Shown: positions 12,554 through 21,972, numbered from the stretch's first letter. The stretch: 54,095 nucleotides of DNA from Deltaproteobacteria bacterium (GCA_034670305.1 JAXMNT010000050.1:1-54095); one strand, 5' to 3'. The notes: generated by a model not told the origin, from the sequence alone. Made by a program: numbers and translations.

Positions 12554-13451
12554 GGATGCCGCTGAGCGAGCCGGTGATGGTGGCGCGCATCTCCGCGGCG
12601 GACGAGAAGCGGTGGGCCGGGTGGGTGCGCAGCGCCTTGGCGACCACTTCCACGATCGCAACCGGGAGGCCCGGACAGTAGAGGGAGAGCGACGGCGCGG
12701 GTTCGCGGGCGATCTGAACGAGGAGTTTGCTCAGCTGCGTGGCCTCGAACGGCGGGCGGCCCGCCAGCATCTGGAAGAAGACGGCGCCGACGGCCCACAG
12801 ATCGGTGGCCGGCGACACCGGCAGGTCGCCGGTGATCTGTTCGGGCGCCATGAACTGTGGGGTGCCGAGCAGCACGCCCTGGTCGGTGATCCAAGGGTTG
12901 CTCTTGGTCGGCGTGATGGCTTTCGCGATCCCGAAGTCGAGCAGCTTCACCCCGAAGCCGTGCACCCCATCGCCGAGCCCTTCGAGGAAGATGTTCTCGG
13001 GTTTGATGTCGCGGTGCACGTACCCGCGGGTGTGCACCGCATCGAGTGCGTCCAGCAGTTGCAGGACGATCTCGACCGCTTCGTCGAGGGCGAACGGGCG
13101 GTCTTCGAGCGCGCTCGCGAGTTCCCGTCCTTCGAGAAGCTCCATGGCTTGCCATGCGGTTCCGTCGGACTCCACGCCCGCGTCCAGCAGGCGCACGATG
13201 TTGGGGTGCTGCATCGCGCAGACGGTTCGAACCTCGCGTTCGAACCGCACCTGCTGCAGCTCGCTCTTGCGGTAGCGCGCGTGCAGGACCTTGACCGCGA
13301 CGATGGCGCCGGTCGGTTCGTGGCGGGCTTCGAACACGCTTCCGCCACTGCCTTCGCCGATGGTCCGGAGCAGGGTGTACTCGCCGACCATGGTCCGAGG
13401 GAGATCTTGGTCTTGGGAGAACCCAGCGGTTCCGAGAGGGAGCGTGTCCAT
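12543..13451 (-). CDS. Hanks-type Ser/Thr protein kinase, catalytic domain only
   Basis: GEGSGG, VAVK, HRDIKPEN, DFG, GTPQFMAPE, DLW. Confidence 0.93.
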   Translation of the reverse strand: MDTLPLGTAGFSQDQDLPRTMVGEYTLLRTIGEGSGGSVFEARHEPTGAIVAVKVLHARYRKSELQQVRFEREVRTVCAMQHPNIVRLLDAGVESDGTAWQAMELLEGRELASALEDRPFALDEAVEIVLQLLDALDAVHTRGYVHRDIKPENIFLEGLGDGVHGFGVKLLDFGIAKAITPTKSNPWITDQGVLLGTPQFMAPEQITGDLPVSPATDLWAVGAVFFQMLAGRPPFEATQLSKLLVQIAREPAPSLSLYCPGLPVAIVEVVAKALRTHPAHRFSSAAEMRATITGSLSGIHRI

Positions 13452-13629
13452 GGCAGATGTTTCCGTTCTTAGACGACCAACCGCACTGGTGTACGCACCG
13501 TGCACGGTTCGCATTCCTTGTTGGTTCCCCAACACCAAAGATTCATCTCAGAACCCAGCGGCTCCCGGCGGGCGGGGGTGGTAGAGTCCCGGTCCGCCTC
13601 GGCGCGACGCCGGGGGAGGGTCTGATCCG

Positions 13630-15711
13630 ATGGCCTACACCGTTTTCGCTCGCAAATACCGACCCCAGACCTTCGCGGACCTCGCGGGTCAGGAGCATGT
13701 CGCGAAAACCCTGACAGGGGCGATCGCCGTGGGCCGGGTCGCCCACGCCTTCTTGTTCACCGGGGTGCGCGGCGTCGGCAAGACGAGCGCGGCTCGGGTC
13801 CTGGCCAAAGCGCTCAACTGCGAGACCGGTCCCACCGCGACCCCCTGCAACGTGTGTTCGGTCTGCAAAGACGTGACGGCCGGGGTCGACATGGACGTCG
13901 TCGAGATGGACGGCGCCTCGAACAACAGCGTGGACGATGTTCGGCGTCTCCAGGAGACGCTCCCGTTCCGTCCTGCACGCGGCCGCTTCAAAGTCGTCAT
14001 CGTCGACGAAGTGCACATGCTCTCGACCGCGGCGTTCAACGCGTTCCTCAAGACGCTGGAAGAGCCGCCGCCCCATGTGAAGTTCATCTTCGCGACGACC
14101 GAGAGCCACAAGGTACCGATCACGATTCGCTCGCGGTGCCAGCGCTACGACTTCCGGCTCATCCCCCGCGCGATCATCGCGGAGCGGGTGCGCGCGATCC
14201 TCGAATCGGAGAAGGTCCAAGCGGACGATGCGACGGTCGCGCTGGTGGCACGCGAAGCGGCGGGCTCGATGCGGGACGCGCTCACGCTGCTCGACCAGAT
14301 CGTGGCCTTCGGTGGCGACCGACTCGAAGGAGAAGAGGTCGCGCGGCACCTGGGCATCGCGGCCCGCGGCGCGGTCCAGAGTGTGGTGCAGGCGATCTTG
14401 GACGGCGACGCCGGCACGGTGTTGCGCTTTCTCGACGAGAGCCTCGCGCAAGGCACCGACCCGCTTCACTTCACCAACCAGCTGCTGCACCTGCTTCGAG
14501 ACCTGGTCGTGCTCTCGGTGACCGGCGACGACAGCGCGCTCGTGGATCTGGTCGCCGAAGAGAAGAAGGCGGCGAGGGTGCTCGCCGACTCCCGCGACGT
14601 GCTCGAGTTGCAGCGGGTGTTCTCGGTCGTCTCGAAGGTCGTGGACGAGGTCGCCCAGGCGAGCTCGCCGAAGCTGGTGCTCGAGATGGGTCTCGTTCGG
14701 GCGGCCACCCGGCCGGCGCTGCAGCCCGTCGGAGAACTGCTCGCCCGCTTGAAGCGCCTCGAGAGTCAGATCGGGCCCGGTCGCGCCGCGGCGGCCGGCC
14801 GGAGTCGTGCGCCAGGCGGCGGTCGCCCGAGAGAGGAGCGGGCCGGCGACAAGCCGGCCCCGCCAAGAGGCGCGCCCCGCGCGCCCCGAGCCAGCCAACC
14901 CAGCGCAGCAACTACGGATTCCAGCGCTGGCGCACCCGCCGAGGCACCCGGGTCGCGACGCGCCGAGTCGGCGGGCCCGATAGGCGCCACCGCACCCAGC
15001 GCCGCGTCGGGCGGTCCGACGGGTGCCGCGATGGCGTCCTCCGCACCCTCCGCACCGCGATCCGCACCGTCTGCTTCAGCTCCATCCTCGCCTGCTTCGG
15101 CTTCACGTTCCGCACCTGCTTCGGCTTCACGCTCCGCACCCGCGCCCGCACGCTCGACCGATCCGCGCGAGCGGCCGTTCGCGCCCGACGACGCGGCGCC
15201 CGCGCGGCCAGCCCGGGCCGAGCGCTCGCCTGGGCCATCGCAGTCCCCAGCCGCCGGTCCCAAACCCGCCGAGGTCCAAATCCGGCGGGCAGCGCTCCTC
15301 GAATGGGAGCGCATCGTGGCCGCCTTGCGAGGTCCGAAACCGGCACTCGCCGCGGTCCTCGAACACGCGGAGCCTCGAGTGGTGACCGGTGAGCGGGTCG
15401 TCATCGCGTTCAAGAAGGGTTCGTTCTACGGCCATCAGGCCGGCAGCCCGGACGCGCGGGACATCATCGGGCAGATGGTCGAGAAGACGTTCGGCAAGAG
15501 GCCGAAGATCGAAGTCGTCTTCGACGCGAAGGGCGGCGGCCGGCGCACCGTGGCGGTGGTGGAAGAGACCCGCCGAGACGGAGAGCTCGCGGCCCGCAAA
15601 CGCGAAGCCCTCGCGCACCCCGTCGTGCGCGACGCGATGCAGATCTTCCCGGCGTCGCGCGGCAAGGTCGCGGTGAAGCTCGCAGACCACGCCGGCGAAA
15701 GCGACTCATGA
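13630..15711 (+). CDS. dnaX: DNA polymerase III subunit gamma/tau
   Basis: ARKYRPQTF, Walker A GVRGVGKT, Zn cysteines, DEVHML, SRCQ, long Pro/Ala/Ser linker; dnaX-ybaB-recR synteny. Confidence 0.97.
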   Translation: MAYTVFARKYRPQTFADLAGQEHVAKTLTGAIAVGRVAHAFLFTGVRGVGKTSAARVLAKALNCETGPTATPCNVCSVCKDVTAGVDMDVVEMDGASNNSVDDVRRLQETLPFRPARGRFKVVIVDEVHMLSTAAFNAFLKTLEEPPPHVKFIFATTESHKVPITIRSRCQRYDFRLIPRAIIAERVRAILESEKVQADDATVALVAREAAGSMRDALTLLDQIVAFGGDRLEGEEVARHLGIAARGAVQSVVQAILDGDAGTVLRFLDESLAQGTDPLHFTNQLLHLLRDLVVLSVTGDDSALVDLVAEEKKAARVLADSRDVLELQRVFSVVSKVVDEVAQASSPKLVLEMGLVRAATRPALQPVGELLARLKRLESQIGPGRAAAAGRSRAPGGGRPREERAGDKPAPPRGAPRAPRASQPSAATTDSSAGAPAEAPGSRRAESAGPIGATAPSAASGGPTGAAMASSAPSAPRSAPSASAPSSPASASRSAPASASRSAPAPARSTDPRERPFAPDDAAPARPARAERSPGPSQSPAAGPKPAEVQIRRAALLEWERIVAALRGPKPALAAVLEHAEPRVVTGERVVIAFKKGSFYGHQAGSPDARDIIGQMVEKTFGKRPKIEVVFDAKGGGRRTVAVVEETRRDGELAARKREALAHPVVRDAMQIFPASRGKVAVKLADHAGESDS

Positions 15712-15742
15712 AAGCGTCTCATGAAAGCGACTCATGAAAGCG
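15697..15742. repeat. Tandem 13-bp repeat GAAAGCGWCTCAT x3.5 covering the dnaX stop
   Basis: Units at 15697-15709, 15710-15722, 15723-15735 and a partial unit at 15736-15742. Confidence 0.9.
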
Positions 15743-15761
15743 CTCCGGCTCCCTTCGGCGC

Positions 15762-15789
15762 TTGACAGGGCTCTCGACGCGGCAAAGAT
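15762..15789 (+). promoter_or_regulatory. Putative sigma70 promoter for ybaB-recR
   Basis: Perfect TTGACA at 15762-15767, 16-nt spacer, weak -10 AAAGAT at 15784-15789; SD AGAGGT at 15806-15811. Confidence 0.45.
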
Positions 15790-15816
15790 GCCGCGTTCCA
15801 CGACTAGAGGTATGAA

Positions 15817-16137
15817 ATGAAGTTCCGAGGCGGAATGGCTGAGCTCATGCGGCAGGCCAGCCGAATGCAGCGCAAGATCGAAAAACGGCGCGAAGAGCTC
15901 AAAGACGATGAGTACGAGGCCGGCGCCGGCAACGATCTCGTCAAGGTGACCGTCAACGGCGGCGCCGAGGTCGTGAAGGTCACGATCGATCCGAAAGCCC
16001 TCGAAGACGAAGGTCTCGAGATGGTGTGCGATCTGCTTGCGGCCGCGACGAACGCGGCCCTCACCAAGGCGCGCGAACACGTCGACGCGGAGCTCGAGAA
16101 AGTCACCGGCGGCTTGAAGATCCCCGGACTCGGCTGA
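15817..16137 (+). CDS. ybaB: YbaB/EbfC nucleoid-associated protein
   Basis: MRQASRMQ, AGNDLVKVTVNG, DLLAAATN, TGGLKIPG; lies between dnaX and recR. Confidence 0.95.
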   Translation: MKFRGGMAELMRQASRMQRKIEKRREELKDDEYEAGAGNDLVKVTVNGGAEVVKVTIDPKALEDEGLEMVCDLLAAATNAALTKAREHVDAELEKVTGGLKIPGLG

Positions 16138-16148
16138 ACGTCGCGTCC

Positions 16149-16766
16149 ATGTCCGAATCCGGAAAGAAGCAGTCGGGCGATCCCCTCGGGGAGCTCGTCG
16201 GGCTGCTCGGCCGACTCCCCGGCATCGGGGAGCGGACCGCGACCCGGCTCGCCTTCCACGTGCTCGGGGGAGACGCGACCTACGCAGAAGCACTGGGTGA
16301 GTCGCTCGCGAACATTCACGAGCGCGTGGTCCGGTGCGAGCGCTGCGGCAACTACGGCGCCGAGTCCGTGTGTCTCATCTGCGCGGACACCCGCCGCGAA
16401 GAAGGCGTGCTCTGCGTGGTCGCGCGGGTTCCGGATCTGGTCGCGATCGAACGCAGCTACACGTACCGCGGTCGCTACCATGTGCTCCATGGGCTTCTGG
16501 CGCCGCTCGACGGAGTCGGTCCCGAGGACCTCTCGCTCGACCCGCTCCTGCGCCGCATCGAAGCCGAAGCCATCCGCGAGGTGATCGTCGCCACCCCACT
16601 GAACGTGGAAGGCGAAGCGACCGCGCTCTACATCTCGCAAGTGCTGCAAGAAGAGACGAAAGCAAAGGTCTCGCGCATCGCCAGCGGCGTGCCCCACGGT
16701 GGAGAACTCGAGTTCACCGATCAGGTCACCCTCGGCCGCGCGCTCCAAGACCGCAAGAACATGTAG
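16149..16766 (+). CDS. recR: Recombination mediator RecR
   Basis: [13 protein letters not shown] (HhH), C4 Zn finger, [38 protein letters not shown]. Confidence 0.97.
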   Translation: MSESGKKQSGDPLGELVGLLGRLPGIGERTATRLAFHVLGGDATYAEALGESLANIHERVVRCERCGNYGAESVCLICADTRREEGVLCVVARVPDLVAIERSYTYRGRYHVLHGLLAPLDGVGPEDLSLDPLLRRIEAEAIREVIVATPLNVEGEATALYISQVLQEETKAKVSRIASGVPHGGELEFTDQVTLGRALQDRKNM

Positions 16767-16770
16767 CCAA

Positions 16771-17045
16771 GCGGCAGCGGACGCGGAAGCGGAAGCGGGC
16801 GCGGAAGCGGAAGCGGAAGCGGAAGCGGAAGCGGAAGCGGAAGCGGAAGCGGAAGCCGTCGCCGAAGCCGAAGCCGACTCCGACGCCGACGCCGACGCCG
16901 ACGCCGAATCCGAATCCGAAGCCGAAGCCGACGCCGAATCCGAAGCCGAAGCCGTCGCCGACTCCGAAGCCGACGCCGACGCCGAAGCCGAAGCCGAAGC
17001 CGACGCCGAATCCGACTCCGACTCCGACTCCGACTCCGATTCCGT
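16771..17045. repeat. Compound hexamer microsatellite (GCGGAA)n-(KCCGAM)n
   Basis: Fills almost the whole gap between the convergent recR and RNAP-like genes. Confidence 0.95.
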
Positions 17046-17049
17046 CTGC

Positions 17050-19926
17050 TCAGTCGATGTCGTCGAGGTCGTCGAAGTCGTGGGACTCGACTTCTGCGGG
17101 CGCGCTCGGAGCCGGCGCTTGGGTCCGGACCGGCGTGACCGGCGCTGTGGGGGCCGGAGGTGGCGCGTCGAGGCGCATGCCCAGAGAGAGGCCGAGTTCG
17201 CTCAGGATCTCCTTCAGCTCCTTCAAAGTCTCGCGGCCCGCGTCTCTCATCTTGAGCACGTCGACGTCGGACTTCTGGACGAGCTGCCGCAACGTCACGA
17301 CGCCCATGTTCTGGAGCAGGTTCGCGGTGCGGACCGACAACTCGAGTTCGTCCACGCGCCGTTCCAGATACGGATGGGTTGGGGGCGGCTCGTCGACGGC
17401 CGACTTGGGGATCGGGTCGTTCCACGAGGACGCGCCCCTGGCGTCGCCTTCGGGCGCGGGACCGCTTCGCAGGCCGAGCAGGCGCCGACTGCGGAGGTCT
17501 GTGAGCGGATCGACGCGCTGGTGGAGGGCGGCGCCCATGACAACGGCGGCGAACTCCGTGGGCGATGCGTCGATCGCTGCCGCCAGCCAATGCGCCTTGG
17601 CGTGCGCGCCGCCAACCGAGCCCGCGCCTGCCTCGGAGTGAAGCACCCGTAGCCCCCGGACCTCGTCGATCGCTCGGGCCGAGAGCGGCACGTGGACCGC
17701 GACCGATTCGCCGGCCGCCAGCTGGAGCGTGTCGATGAGCGAGGGCGCGAGCCCCACCGCGAACCCGTCCCAGAGTTCCACTCGGAGTCCGAGCGCGCTG
17801 GGTCCGCTGGCGCCGGGTTTGGTGACGAGCAGCACAGGGTGGTCCCGCATGCCCGACTCGGCGATGGCCTCCAGGAGGTCGCCGCCTTTCTGGACCATGA
17901 CTTTGGCCGACTTGATCGTCGTCACGTAGCCAGCCGCCTCGAGCCGGCCGTAGATCATGGGTTTGAAGAGTTCGGTCGCCAGACTGCGGGGGAGCCGGAC
18001 GCAGTCTTCTGAGAGACGAGGGACCGGCACCACCACGGCCGCGCCCGAGTAGTCCACCCGCTTGCCCCGCTCAGCCATCTGCATGTGGCTGTGTGTGAGG
18101 TCGGCGATGGGGCGCAGCCTCCGCTTCTCCGGTTCGCCCCGGCTGTCGTCGAAACCGAGCACCGTCCCCCCGCGCGCGCCGTTGTCCACGAGCGCCCCGA
18201 GTGCTCCTTGAAGGTGTCCGACTTCGCTGCGCAGGATGGGAAACGGCGCATTCAGCTCGAGCAAGCGTTTCATCCGGTTGCTTCGGTTGATGAAGCGCCG
18301 GTAGAGGTCGTTCAGGTCCGAAGTCGCGTAGCGCCCGCCGACCAGGGGCACGATCGGCCGCAGATCCGGCGGAAGCACTGGCCAGGTTTCGTAGAAGACG
18401 TGATCGATCAGCGGCCGGTCGTCGGTGCGGGTGCGGCGCACTTCGTCGCGAAGGGCGTAGACGCCGCCCGACGCCAGATCCTCGGCAGGCGAGAGCGCGT
18501 AGGTGAGGTGCTCGCGCACGATGCGCGCGACCGTCTTCTCGTCGGTGCCGAGCCATTCGGCGAGCGGACCGTAGCCCCACGGGTGCAGGACGGGGACCGG
18601 CAGATCGACGTGTCCGAACCGCTCGCGCCGCACCTTGCTCGCGATGACTTCGACCCCGCACTTCTCGCAGACCACCCCGCGGTGTTTCATGCGCTTGTAC
18701 TTGCCGCAGACACACTCGTAGTCGGCGATGGGCCCGAAGATGCGCGCGCAGAAGAGCCCGCCGGCCTCCGGCTTGTGCGTCCGGTAGTTCAGCGTCTCTG
18801 GCTTCTGCACCTCGCCGTGCGAGCGGGCCCGGATCTGGGCGTCGCTCGAGAGGGTGAGCAGCATCTGGGTGAGTGTGTCGGTGCTCTGCGGTTTCTCGAA
18901 GAACGAGAAGATGTCGCGCTTCTTCTCCGGTGCCGGCGAGGCCGTGGGCGAGATCCCGGTCGTCACCTCGAAGCCCAGCCCGATGAGTTCCCGCTTCAGC
19001 ACGTGGGTGAGCTCGGGAATGCCCGCGTCGAAGGTCGTCTGCTGTTTGACCAGCCCCTCGTACGCGCGGGTTCGGCCGGACACGTCGTCCGTCTTGATCG
19101 TGAGCAGCTCGTGGAGCGTCTGCCACGCGCCGGCGGACTCGAGCAACGCGGCGTGGGCGCCGGTGAAGAGCTGGCCGCCAAACTGCGCTTTGCCGCCGAG
19201 CGGTTGCTGGGTGACGATCGAGTAGGGCCCGATGCCCCGCGCGTGCAGAACGGCTTCCGCGCACTGGATCTTCTGCACCTCGAAGGTGCCGGCCGGGCCC
19301 GACCAGACCATCGCTGCGCCGGCGGGAAGGTCCTCGCTGATCTCGGAGACCACCGCTCGTTCGCCGCCAAGAGTCAGCACATCACCGACCGCCAGCGCGC
19401 GGTGGTCGGTGACGTCGACCTCCACCCGGATCGACTTCTCGCCCACCTCTCGCACGGCTCGGGTCACGGTGCCTTTCGCGTCCGGCGGGCAAGCCACCGA
19501 GGCGTCGCGCACGTCGCCCGCCATCTCTCCGAAGATGGCGCGCAGCAGCTTCTCTTCTTGCGACAGCAGGGTGCTCGCCTTGTCCTGCACCCGGCCGATC
19601 AGGATGGTGCCGGGCACGACGACCGAGCCGGATTTGGCCACGCCGTGTTCGTCCAGGTGGGCCAGCACCGCGGCGCCCTTGTTCGGGATGTCGAAGGTGA
19701 AGGACTCGCGCGCGTCTTTGGCGGTGGAGACCTCCGCTGTGAACGTCTGTACGTGGGTCGAGGCCAGGGCCGCCGCGGCGCTCGGGCGGATGCGCACGGA
19801 GGCCAGGGCGGGCAGTGCGGAGGCCAGGGCGGGCCGGGCGGAAGGCAGGGCGGAGGGGTCCGACGCGACCTGCAGGGAGCAGGCGCGTTCGCCGGAGGCG
19901 AGGGTCAGGGGGCCGGTCTCGAGCAT
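17050..19926 (-). CDS. Single-chain RpoB/RpoC/RpoA-CTD mosaic lacking the RNAP active site (putative RNA polymerase mimic)
   Basis: In order: RpoB flap (DIPN...[11 protein letters not shown]), RpoB C-terminus ([25 protein letters not shown]), RpoC N-terminus ([62 protein letters not shown]), an RpoC C-terminal-like segment, and alpha-CTD ([12 protein letters not shown]). No NADFDGD. Confidence 0.93.
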   Translation of the reverse strand: MLETGPLTLASGERACSLQVASDPSALPSARPALASALPALASVRIRPSAAAALASTHVQTFTAEVSTAKDARESFTFDIPNKGAAVLAHLDEHGVAKSGSVVVPGTILIGRVQDKASTLLSQEEKLLRAIFGEMAGDVRDASVACPPDAKGTVTRAVREVGEKSIRVEVDVTDHRALAVGDVLTLGGERAVVSEISEDLPAGAAMVWSGPAGTFEVQKIQCAEAVLHARGIGPYSIVTQQPLGGKAQFGGQLFTGAHAALLESAGAWQTLHELLTIKTDDVSGRTRAYEGLVKQQTTFDAGIPELTHVLKRELIGLGFEVTTGISPTASPAPEKKRDIFSFFEKPQSTDTLTQMLLTLSSDAQIRARSHGEVQKPETLNYRTHKPEAGGLFCARIFGPIADYECVCGKYKRMKHRGVVCEKCGVEVIASKVRRERFGHVDLPVPVLHPWGYGPLAEWLGTDEKTVARIVREHLTYALSPAEDLASGGVYALRDEVRRTRTDDRPLIDHVFYETWPVLPPDLRPIVPLVGGRYATSDLNDLYRRFINRSNRMKRLLELNAPFPILRSEVGHLQGALGALVDNGARGGTVLGFDDSRGEPEKRRLRPIADLTHSHMQMAERGKRVDYSGAAVVVPVPRLSEDCVRLPRSLATELFKPMIYGRLEAAGYVTTIKSAKVMVQKGGDLLEAIAESGMRDHPVLLVTKPGASGPSALGLRVELWDGFAVGLAPSLIDTLQLAAGESVAVHVPLSARAIDEVRGLRVLHSEAGAGSVGGAHAKAHWLAAAIDASPTEFAAVVMGAALHQRVDPLTDLRSRRLLGLRSGPAPEGDARGASSWNDPIPKSAVDEPPPTHPYLERRVDELELSVRTANLLQNMGVVTLRQLVQKSDVDVLKMRDAGRETLKELKEILSELGLSLGMRLDAPPPAPTAPVTPVRTQAPAPSAPAEVESHDFDDLDDID

Positions 19927-20060
19927 ATGAGCAGAACCTACTACGGGGCCTCCTCCCGAAGTCACCCCTCCGCACGCCACAGCGCCCGTGGGAGGGAGGC
20001 TTGTGCGGGGGCGTGCGCCACTTCTTTAACATCCGCGGTCGTTGTCTCTACCGTCGCGTC

Positions 20061-21131
20061 ATGGAGCAGCTGCGGACCTGGTTGACCAACCCGTATGGGC
20101 GGGCAGTGGCGATCTTCGTGGTGGGGCTCATCGGAAGCTGGATCGTCGCGTTCGCGATCGAGCGCATCCTCAAGGTGATGGTCGGTCGCACCAAGACCGA
20201 CCTCGACGACAAACTCATCGACGCGATCCACAAACCGATCGTCCAGACGGTGGTGGTGCTGGCGCTCGGGTTCGCGCAGCACGAAGTGCCGATGCCGGAC
20301 AAGCTCCACGGCTACACGCTCTCGGCGCTCAAGTCCGCGACGATTCTGATCTGGGTCCGGGCGGGGTTCCACGTGTGGAGCCTCCTGCTCGAAGGGCTCA
20401 GCCGCCGCAGCAAGCAAGGCTCGGTCGTCACGACCCAGACCCGTCCGGTCTTCGAGATGGTCGGCAAGATCCTCGTCGTCGGCGCGGCGGTCTACTTCTT
20501 GTTCCTCGCGTGGAACATCGATGTGACCGCGTGGCTCGCGTCGGCGGGCATCGTCGGCATCGCGGTCGGCTTCGCGGCGAAGGACACGCTCGCGAACTTC
20601 TTCAGCGGCATCTTCATCGTGGCCGACGCGCCGTACAAGATCGGCGACTTCATCGTGCTCGACGGCGGCGCGCGCGGTCAGGTGATCGCGATCGGCATTC
20701 GATCGACCCGGATCCTCACCCGCGACGACATCGAGATCACCATTCCAAACGCGGTCATCGGCAACTCGATGATCATGAACGAAGCCGGCGGGCCGCAGAT
20801 CCACCAACGCGTGCGGGTGGAGGTCGACGCGGCATACGGGAGCGACATCGACCAGGTGTACGAGGTGCTGCTCGAAGCCGCGGCGATCGACGGGATCGAG
20901 AAGTCGCCGGCGCCGGTGGTCCGGTTCGAGGTCTTCGGCGCGTCCGGCCTCACCCACGGCATCTACGTGTGGATCGCGGACGCGGCCGACCGGGACCGCA
21001 TCAAACACGAGCTCAACACCGCCATCTACAAGGCGTTCGCCGCGGCGGACATCGAGATCCCCTACAGCAAGCTCGACGTGTACCTGAAAGAGCTGCCCGA
21101 CGGCTCGAACGAACTCCGCATCGCGGGTTGA
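20061..21131 (+). CDS. mscS: Small-conductance mechanosensitive channel family protein
   Basis: AGIVGIAVGFAAKDTLANFFSG, PYKIGDFI, IGIRSTRI, ITIPN, IEIPY. Confidence 0.92.
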   Translation: MEQLRTWLTNPYGRAVAIFVVGLIGSWIVAFAIERILKVMVGRTKTDLDDKLIDAIHKPIVQTVVVLALGFAQHEVPMPDKLHGYTLSALKSATILIWVRAGFHVWSLLLEGLSRRSKQGSVVTTQTRPVFEMVGKILVVGAAVYFLFLAWNIDVTAWLASAGIVGIAVGFAAKDTLANFFSGIFIVADAPYKIGDFIVLDGGARGQVIAIGIRSTRILTRDDIEITIPNAVIGNSMIMNEAGGPQIHQRVRVEVDAAYGSDIDQVYEVLLEAAAIDGIEKSPAPVVRFEVFGASGLTHGIYVWIADAADRDRIKHELNTAIYKAFAAADIEIPYSKLDVYLKELPDGSNELRIAG

Positions 21132-21154
21132 TCCGCGTCGCAAAGCGACCGGAT

Positions 21155-21196
21155 CCCCTTGCCCCTGCCCCTGTGCCTGCCCCTGCCCCTGCCCTC
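21155..21196. repeat. Short (CCCCTG)-type hexamer array between convergent genes
   Basis: ccccttgcccctgcccctgtgcctgcccctgcccctgccctc. Confidence 0.75.
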
Positions 21197-21286
21197 ATGG
21201 GGTGTGGACAATCACTGCCACCCTTTCACCGCGGGCAAGGGGCCGGCTGCTGGAGAACGCCTTCCGACGGGCGTTCTTCAACCGGT

Positions 21287-21874
21287 TCAGAGCGAAGAGA
21301 TCAGCGCCTGGATGTGGGGCTTGTCGTCTTCGCCCACGGCGCCGCTTCGGGCGCAGCGGAGCTTGCCGCTCGGATCGACGAGCAGATGCACCGGGAGCGC
21401 GGCGTGTTCGTCGAGTCCGAGCGAGGTGAGCCATGCGGGGAGCGCGTCGGCCTGCGCCATCCGCCCGGTGGCGGGGAACGCGTCGTGCCGCGCGCGGAAC
21501 CGCTCGACCGCTTCGCCCGTCGCGTCCGCGCTCAAGAGCTGAAGCTCCATGTCGAGGTCGTTCGTCCAGGTCTCGAGCGTGGGCATCTCCTGAACGCACG
21601 GCGCACACCAGGTGGCCCAGACGTTCACCCACCGCCAACCCGTGGGGGTGCCGACCAGGGGCGACGCCATCTCGGGCAGGGTGAACTCGGGGGCGTCGGC
21701 CGCACTGGACACGGTGTCGCAGAACTCGGTGGGATCGCCTTGAACCGTCTCGGCTTCGACCGCGACCGACCGCGTCGCGACTTCCGGCGGGGCCGGATCG
21801 TCGCACCCGACGGACGCGAGGGCGCACAGGAGCACGGAGAGGCAGAGGACGAATCGCTCGGGCATGTGGTCCAT
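21287..21874 (-). CDS. TlpA/ResA-like thioredoxin lipoprotein
   Basis: Lipobox SVGC; VNVWATWCAPCVQEMP; LPVHLLVDPSG. Confidence 0.88.
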   Translation of the reverse strand: MDHMPERFVLCLSVLLCALASVGCDDPAPPEVATRSVAVEAETVQGDPTEFCDTVSSAADAPEFTLPEMASPLVGTPTGWRWVNVWATWCAPCVQEMPTLETWTNDLDMELQLLSADATGEAVERFRARHDAFPATGRMAQADALPAWLTSLGLDEHAALPVHLLVDPSGKLRCARSGAVGEDDKPHIQALISSL

Positions 21875-21972
21875 CGTGGCGGAGCCTACAAGAACCGCGC
21901 GCGCCCCGCGTGTCGAACTGAAGGAAGGTCGCAAGACGCGCGAAGCGAGCCCAGGCGGGTGGTGGCGGCAGC

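Noticed and set aside
13540-13629. SRP RNA (ffs), often found upstream of dnaX
   Set aside because: The conserved CAGG...GGAA...AGCAG domain IV motif is not present.
14700-15300. Programmed frameshift or slippage site producing the DnaX gamma subunit
   Set aside because: No A-AAA-AAG or long A run is visible; only an in-frame 24-bp duplication (15091-15138) in the linker.
17050-19926. Reading the RNAP-like gene as the genuine rpoB/rpoC or as a decaying pseudogene
   Set aside because: It is about a third of the combined length, lacks NADFDGD and has no rpl/rps context. It also has no stops or frameshifts, and its deletions follow structural module boundaries.
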